DNA of 64,000 nt from Chloroflexota bacterium (lineage in GTDB: Bacteria > Chloroflexota > UBA11872 > VXOZ01): assembly GCA_963662335.2 (NCBI GenBank), contig CAXXVD010000003.1:32001-96000 (forward strand), in the 5' to 3' direction. Every line of letters starts with the position of its first letter. The first letter of the stretch is position 1. A program made the position numbers and the translations under genes. Shown here piece by piece: positions 61,706 through 64,000 of the stretch. The notes under the pieces were generated by a model. The model did no database searches and was not told the origin of the DNA. It saw only the letters and a program-made list of their open reading frames with translations.

Positions 61706-61894
61706 GCGCCTTGCCCAAGCTGGCGCGAATGGTGAGCGCCTGTCTGCTCCCGGCCCAACCGAGGCAAGCGGGGGACAAGCCCCCGCGCTACGATAGTGCG
61801 GCAAGGCTGAGGTGAGAGAGGAAGATACTAACCCTCTCACTGGGGTGAGGGTTAGCGTGCGAGGAGGATTCCGCGAGGCAAAGACGCTGAACGA

Positions 61895-62932
61895 CTACGC
61901 GGCCGTGCCTTCCACGATGCTCACCACGGCGTTTGTCGGCACGACCCGGCTGAGCGCGAGACCCGCCTTGCCGAAGAGCGCCGCGTACTCTTCTTCTGTG
62001 CGCTCGCGGCCGCCGTTGGTCAGCGCCAGCATCACCACGTCCCAGAGCTTGCTGTTGGACGGCTCATTGCCGGGCGGCATCACGCCCTCCACCACCAGCA
62101 CCCGGCCGCCCGCGTTCATCGCCTGGCGGCAATGGCGCAGGATCACCGCGGACCGTTCGTCGTCCCAGTCGTGGATGATGTGCTTGAGCAGATAGCAATC
62201 GCCGCCCGGGGGCACGCCGGTGAAGAAATCGCCGCCGACCGCCTGGCAGCGCGCGCCCACGCCGGCTAACGCAAGCTCCGGCCCGGCTGCGGATACTACT
62301 GCCGGCTGATCGAAGAGGATGCCGCGCAATGCGGGATAGGCGGCGAGGATGGCGGTGAGCAAGCGGCCGTGCCCGCCGCCCACGTCAACCACGGTCTCGC
62401 AGCCGGAAAAGTCGTAGGCCGCGCAGACGCCGGCGGCCTCGAAACGGGAGAGGGCCGTCATCGAGTTGTTGAATTCGGTCGCCGCCGCCGGATTCTGCTC
62501 CATGTAGTCGAAGAGCGGCAGCCCGCAGGCGTGGTCGAAGGCCGGCTCATTCGTCTCCACACTATAGAGCAGGTGCGCCCAGGCGCGGTTGTACCACTCG
62601 CTGCCGTGCACGATCGCGTAATCGCGGAAGGAACAGGGCGCATCCGCCTGCAGCAGTTCCGCCATTGGCGTGAGCGTAAACCGGCGTGGCTCTAGTTCCA
62701 TGAACACGTCCAGACTGGCCAGCAGGCGCAAGACGCGGTACAGCGCTTCCGCATTGGTGTTTGTCGCGGCCGCCAGATCATCTACCGTACGCGGACCGTC
62801 CGCCAGCAGGTCGGCGATGCCCAACTTGGCGGCGACGAAGAGGCACTGGGTAGTCGCTTTGCCCCAGACCAACTGCTGCAAGCGGGGCACGAGCGACGGG
62901 TCGGGGAAAGAATCGGGCCAGTCTGGGGTCAT
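61895..62932 (-). CDS. SAM-dependent O-methyltransferase (Methyltransf_2)
   Basis: VDVGGGHG, GDFF, HDWDD and GRERT motifs. Confidence 0.92.
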   Translation of the reverse strand: MTPDWPDSFPDPSLVPRLQQLVWGKATTQCLFVAAKLGIADLLADGPRTVDDLAAATNTNAEALYRVLRLLASLDVFMELEPRRFTLTPMAELLQADAPCSFRDYAIVHGSEWYNRAWAHLLYSVETNEPAFDHACGLPLFDYMEQNPAAATEFNNSMTALSRFEAAGVCAAYDFSGCETVVDVGGGHGRLLTAILAAYPALRGILFDQPAVVSAAGPELALAGVGARCQAVGGDFFTGVPPGGDCYLLKHIIHDWDDERSAVILRHCRQAMNAGGRVLVVEGVMPPGNEPSNSKLWDVVMLALTNGGRERTEEEYAALFGKAGLALSRVVPTNAVVSIVEGTAA

Positions 62933-63057
62933 AGCGGCATTCCAAATTTGCACAAGCAGTGTACCGGCGGGAATCGTCCCTCCGGCGCAAATGAAACTTT
63001 AACGTGTCAACACGGATGAGAGCGCGTCATTATCTCGATAGTAGCAATACCGGCTCC

Positions 63058-63325
63058 GTCATTCCCGCGAACGCGGGAATCCATCTTCGCCGCGCACGCC
63101 GCCTCAGGCGGGGGATAAGCCCCCGCGCTACGCTCAAGATGCCTCGCCCGGCGCAGGCGGGGGACAAGCCCCCGCGCTACGCTCAAGATGCCTCGCCCGG
63201 CGCAGGCGGGGGACAAGCCCCCGCGCTACGTTCAAGACGCCTCGCCCGGCGCAGGCGGGGGACAAGCCCCCGCGCTACGTTCAAGATGCCTCGCCGCTTA
63301 GATTCCTCGCTGCGCTCGGAATGAC
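63058..63325. repeat. 4 x 49-bp REP tandem array flanked by CGTC REPs
   Basis: GCGGGGGACAAGCCCCCGCGCTAC at 63108, 63157, 63206 and 63255 with near-identical spacers. Confidence 0.9.
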
Positions 63326-63345
63326 GGCGACGGGCTGGACGTTGG

Positions 63346-64000
63346 CTAGCGGCCCATGGCGTAGGGCACCAGCGTTCGGGGCGAGGCCGCGCCTTCGATT
63401 AGGCCGGTATCCGGGTCGAAGCGCGCGCCGGTCACCTGGCCGTGCCCCCAATCCGCGCCCACCACGATCTCGTGGCCCATGGACTCCAGCGCCGCGCGGG
63501 TTTCCTCAGAAATGCGGCCTTCCACCACCACCCGTTTCGGATACGCCGCGCGCGGGTAGAACGAACTGGGGAAGTGCATGGTATGGAAACTCGGCGCGTC
63601 GATGGCGGCTTGCAAGTCCATGCCGAAGTCCACCACGTTCAGGAAGTATTGCAGCGTCCACTGGTCTTGCATATCGCCGCCGGGGGTGCCGAATACCATG
63701 TGGGGACGCCCGTCTTTCATGACGAGCGAGGGCGTGAGCGTGGCGCGCGGCCGCTTGTGCGGCATCAGCGCGTTGGGATGCGCCGGATCCAGCGAGAACA
63801 TCTGGCCGCGCGTGCCCAACGGGAAGCCCAGCCCCTCAATCACCGGCGAGGACATCAGCCAACCGCCGCTGGGCGTGGCCGAGAACATGTTGCCTTCCCC
63901 GTCGATGACGTCCAGATGGGTGGTGTCGAAGGCGTAGAAGGCCGGGTCGCCCGCCTGCCGCTCCAACGTGGTCGGCGGCACGCCGCCGGGCCGCAACTCG
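63346..64000 (-). CDS. gamma-glutamyltransferase family, C-terminal part
   Basis: DTTHLDVID.EGN, KRPRATL and FGTPGGDMQDQ motifs. Confidence 0.9.
   Translation of the reverse strand, partial: ELRPGGVPPTTLERQAGDPAFYAFDTTHLDVIDGEGNMFSATPSGGWLMSSPVIEGLGFPLGTRGQMFSLDPAHPNALMPHKRPRATLTPSLVMKDGRPHMVFGTPGGDMQDQWTLQYFLNVVDFGMDLQAAIDAPSFHTMHFPSSFYPRAAYPKRVVVEGRISEETRAALESMGHEIVVGADWGHGQVTGARFDPDTGLIEGAASPRTLVPYAMGR

Noticed and set aside
63105-63296. CRISPR array
   Set aside because: Spacers are near-identical, the repeat is the dispersed REP, and there are no cas genes

Overview
High-GC bacterial chromosomal segment; gene content and repeat style suggest a Chloroflexota-like organism (inference). 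It carries about 55 genes: housekeeping (rpmI-rplT, gatC-gatA-aminotransferase-gatB-gdhA, moaD/moaE), many DNA-repair genes (uvrB, uvrC, EndoQ-like, tag, mutY, SplB-like radical SAM), catabolic enzymes and ABC components. Intergenic DNA is crowded with GTAG- and CGTC-type REP-like palindromes and several MITE families, some inserted into REPs with clear target-site duplications. A DnaA-box cluster at 518-900 looks like oriC. The most unusual region is a lower-GC island (about 12.2-16.0 kb). It holds a PIN toxin with an unknown partner, an IS1595 remnant, and a promoter-driven non-canonical 8/4 tRNA-Sec-like RNA (allo-tRNA type, anticodon AGG, encoded CCA). It also holds a converging small gene with a C4/CI-like structured leader, and a 5'-damaged hicAB. 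Other oddities are a Schlafen/AlbA_2-ParA gene pair, a MocA-Ham1 fusion, a C-terminally blocked MoaD and a frameshifted ABC exporter. All calls come from reading motifs by eye; no searches were run.
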